NCBI GenBank assembly: GCA_003971905.1
Contig: RSEE01000175.1
Span: forward strand, 1 to 36,594
Direction of reading: 5' to 3'
DNA: 36,594 bases
Source of the DNA: Moniliella sp. 'wahieum'
Taxonomy: Eukaryota
In this document: positions 33,051-36,594 of the stretch, in pieces
Numbering within the stretch: position 1 is the stretch's first letter
Layout: the number at the start of each line of letters is the position of its first letter
Notes under the pieces: model-generated
The model's input: only the letters and a program-made list of their open reading frames with translations
Database searches by the model: none
What the model was told of the DNA's origin: nothing
Position numbers and translations under genes: made by a program

Positions 33051-33157
33051 GCTGGAGGTGGGGGTGGTGAGGGGGTGGGGGTGGAGGTGAGAGTGGTGGG
33101 GCAGAGAGAGAAGAAGAAACGTCTGGGCGCACACGCTGGTTGTGTTGTGCGCCGTGC

Positions 33158-33183
33158 GAATTGAATTGAATTGAATTGAATTG
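33158..33183. repeat. (GAATT)n pentamer repeat in the divergent AsnRS/carboxypeptidase intergenic region
   Basis: Five tandem GAATT units. Confidence 0.9.
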
Positions 33184-33634
33184 GGCTGGATTGGATGACT
33201 CGATGGCTGCTCGGCGCTGCCGCTGATAATTCCTGGGCGCGCGGGTGTTCCGCGGCGGAATGTGCAGTGGAATTGAAGATTGCAAGTGCAGACGCTGGGA
33301 AGAGTGGATGTTGAACGTTCAACTGGCTACGGAGGTAACCCGGTAACCCCGGTGACACGGTAGCGGAACGGCGGGCGGAAGGAGCCGCTGACGGGATGAG
33401 CTCATCGCCTCGGCGAGCACAGGGCGAGTGGGCGATAACCAATCGCTAATCGCCCATCGATAAGCCAAGGCACGGATCATCCATGCGCATCACACTCCCA
33501 TGTCACTCTCCATGTCACTGTCCCATCCAAGCACATGCTCTGCGTAGCTTAGCTCCGCGGCTGGGCAGCAGGAGCGCCGTGCCGCCTTGGCTTGCTCTGG
33601 CGCCCACCATCTTCTTCCCGCCTGCCTTGCCGCC

Positions 33635-36305
33635 ATGCCGCCGCCGTCGCAGCCCACCTCGGGGTCTATTTTCCCATCCCCTCCCCCTCCCATCTCCATC
33701 CCCGATCTCGTCCACATTCCCGCACGACAAGAAGCGCGAGGCGTATCTGCCCGTGCCGGCGCCTCTCGCACGACGCCCGCCGGAGCCGGTTGGGGCGGGC
33801 CGTGCGCGCGCTAAGCCACGGTATCTTATTGCTCGCCTGTACCGCGCTGGTGTGGCAGTGGCACAATCTTCCTCGGCGTGGGGCATCCCACGCATCCTAC
33901 GCGCCGGAACGGGTGCACGAGATGCACGGCCAAGCTACCTTGTCAAGTGACGTGCAGGCAGAGGGGTACTTACGGCACATGCTGCGGTTCGCCAGTGGGG
34001 ATCCGAGTGTAGCCAGCACGGGGTTGGCAGGGTCAGAGCGTGCACTTGAGTACGAGCGTCAGTTCCGTCTTATCCCCTCGCCGAAGCGACTGCGCGAATC
34101 GTTACGGCGGTACACGAACCATACCCACCACGCCGGGACCGAGGGGGACTTTGGTACGGTGCAGTACACTCTGCAGCGCTGGGCGCACCTGCTAGGTGTG
34201 ACGTTACCCCCGCAAGAGGCCGAGTACATATTTGATGCGGGCAGTGCCGAGAGTCAAGCGGCGATCAAGGTTCGGGCGTGGCCGGTGAAGGTTCCGAAGC
34301 AGACAAGGTACGCGTGTTTGCCGATACGTATTATGTGTGGAACACGCACCCTGTAGGGCGGTACCTTGGTCTATCGCGCAAGCCTACGGCGGAGGATCCG
34401 GAGCCCAAGGCATTTTATGAGCCCAGTCTCGACGAGGACGACGTGGGTGACAATCCGTGGTCTGAGACGGTAGCTGCGTTCCATGCGTACAGCAAGAACG
34501 GTAGTGTCGGTATGCGCCGATCGTGTATGCGAACTATGGTACGCGGGAAGACTTTCAAGTGCTAGCCGGGGCGAACGTGAGTGTATCTGGTGCGGTGGTG
34601 CTGTTGGTCGGTACGGGGGATTTTCCGAGGATTAAAAGTACGCAATGCGGCGCAAGCTGGTGCGCGGCGGGCGTGTTGATATTTACGGATACAGCCGACG
34701 ATGGTGAGGTGACGGAAGCGAATGGGTACGCACCTTACCCCTCTGGTCCAGCACGGCAAGCGAGCAGTCTACAGCGTGGCTCGGTACAGGCGTTATCGTT
34801 TTACCCTGGTGACCCCGGTACGCCATTCCACCGTCCTACAAGAACGCTACGCGTCTGCAACCCGATACAGCAGAGAGTTTACCACGATTCCTAGTCTGCC
34901 TATTTCCTACGCTCTGTGGCGCCGATTCTGCGCGCGCTGCAAGGCCACGGGTTGCCCGTCAGTGCGCTGGCTGGGTCGTGGCAAGGTTCGGTGCCTGGTG
35001 TCGAGGGGTCGTACTGGACGGGCCCCAGTACCGAGGCAGTGTTGACACTGAGCAACAATGTGGCGCTTGCGAGGACAAGATCTGGAATGTGTACGCGGTG
35101 ATGATCCTGGGTACACGGACGAGACGGTTGTGATTGGGAACCATCGGACGCATGGACGTTTGGTGCGGTGGATCCGAACAGTGGGAGTGCAGTGTTTGAA
35201 GAGACGGTTCGTGGGTTGGGCAACTATTATCAGAGGGGTGGCGACCACTTCGGACGTTACTCATTGCCTCGTGGGACGCGGAAGAAACAGGTTTGGTGGG
35301 CAGCACAGAGTTTGTGGAGGACTACCACGAGTGGATCGCTGACCACGTAACAAGTTACTTAACTTGGACGTATCGGTCAGTGGGAGTCACTTGGAGGCCA
35401 ATGTTCTCCGAGTTTGTACGACCTGTACGCGACGGTGTCATCGTCGATTCTCGATCCCACCGCACCAGAGGGGACGAACGCGACACTAGGTTCCCCGTGG
35501 GCAAAGCGCTCGGGAGCGGGTCGGACTTTACGCCGTTCCTGCAGCACGTTGGTATAGCTTCGGCGCAAGCTGAGTTTGACCGTCTACCCTCGGACCCGGT
35601 GTACCACTACCACTCTACCTACGATACGTTTGCCTGGATGGACCGGTTTGGGGACCCTACGTTCCAGCGCCACAGGGCCATAACCGAGCTGCTCGGTATC
35701 GTCACGCTCAAAGCGCTTCACAACCTATTCGTACCTATCAACGTGACTGCGTACGCGGACGAGCTGAGGACGTACGTCGCGCAAGCCAAGGCACTGGATG
35801 GGGACGACTTGGCTGCCCAATCGTCGTAGTGGAGGCAGTATCAGTGGCAGTGGGCCGGCACCCTGGAAAGCACTAGAACAAGCGGCCCAAGCGGTGCTCG
35901 ACGCGGCACTAGCCTTGGACAAGTACAAAGACACGGTCGCAACCGACCTAAAATCCGTACTTTCCGAGACCTCATCGTCTCCCCTTACCAAAGGTGACGC
36001 AAGCACGCTGCACCACCGGCTCTTACACCTGAGCAAAGCGGTACGCCAAATCAACCGCGCCGCAACGTCATTAGAATCATCCTGGATCTCACGCGCCGGA
36101 CTGCCCCAGAGGGCATGGTACCGTAACTTGGTGGTTGCGCCGGGACGGTTACTCGGGTACGCGAAACGACGTTACCAGGTGTGGTGAGGCGATCACGCTC
36201 GATGAGGGAAAGGGCCTCAACCGCGAAATCGGTCGGTTGATCGGGTTGTTTTATACCGCTGCAGCTAAGTTGCGCAAGGCGGCTGTCCCGCCCCGTGAAG
36301 CGTGA
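33635..36305 (+). CDS. Membrane M28 glutamate carboxypeptidase II-like protein (Vps70/Tre-like; PA, M28 and TfR-dimer domains)
   Basis: N-terminal TM (HGILLLACTALVW), H.AGTEGD, AFHAYSKNG, YANYGTREDF, YPSGPARQASSLQRGSVQ..YPGDPGTP, IPSLPISY, VVIGNHR, DPNSGSA, GSTEFVE, LGSGSDFTPFLQHVGI, VYHYHSTYDTFAWM and GLP.R.WYRNLVVAPG. Confidence 0.92.
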
Positions 36306-36346
36306 AAGCTTCAAGCTTCAAGGTTGCAGCGTGAAGCTTGAAGCTT
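36306..36346. repeat. Perfect 15-bp inverted repeat (hairpin) directly after the inferred stop codon
   Basis: AAGCTTCAAGCTTCA (36306-36320), 11-nt loop, TGAAGCTTGAAGCTT (36332-36346). Confidence 0.85.
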
Positions 36347-36594
36347 GAAGGTAGTGTGCGTGGAGTGGGAGACGGGAGGCCCAGCGCCGCGTGCGGGTGG
36401 GAGGGCGCTGCATCGTTGCATCGTTGCATCGTTGGATTGTGGTGGTTGTGTTGTGGTGGCTGTCGGGTGGACACACAGAGGGGCACGTTCGACGGGGCCG
36501 AGAGGGAGGTGCCTTGTCGGATGCGAATCCAATGAGGCGTGACTAGTAACTACTAAGGGATTGTCTGTGTGCTTGTTGGTGGGATATAGGCTGG

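Noticed and set aside
1969..36542. Numerous long antisense or overlapping ORFs in the supplied track
   Set aside because: Expected shadows in GC-rich coding DNA with few stop codons; no independent motifs.

Overview
This is the left end of a fungal chromosome. TTAGGG-type telomere repeats, short GT-AG introns with CTAAC/CTGAC branch points and the gene style suggest a GC-rich basidiomycete (inference). Nearly every gene, including the essential asparaginyl-tRNA synthetase, is broken by 1-nt indels, so the assembly looks like unpolished long-read consensus and CDS limits are approximate. From the telomere inward: (CCCTAA)n; a ~2 kb mosaic holding a 120-bp 28S rRNA piece, an MFS fragment and patchy similarity to the OPT gene; an orphan membrane-protein gene; and a telomere-linked RecQ helicase remnant. 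Next comes a ~13.2 kb block bracketed by a diverged inverted repeat (OPT transporter, probable P450 relic, one monocarboxylate-type MFS gene), followed by a second tandem MFS paralog. A core region follows from ~22 kb: ASA1, a candidate TEN1-like OB-fold gene, PSO2/SNM1, AsnRS and an M28 glutamate carboxypeptidase. The strongest leads are the inverted-repeat-bounded cargo block, the telomere junction matching the OPT gene start, the isolated 28S fragment, and the candidate TEN1 between ASA1 and PSO2. All family assignments are from motifs recognised by eye; no database search was run.
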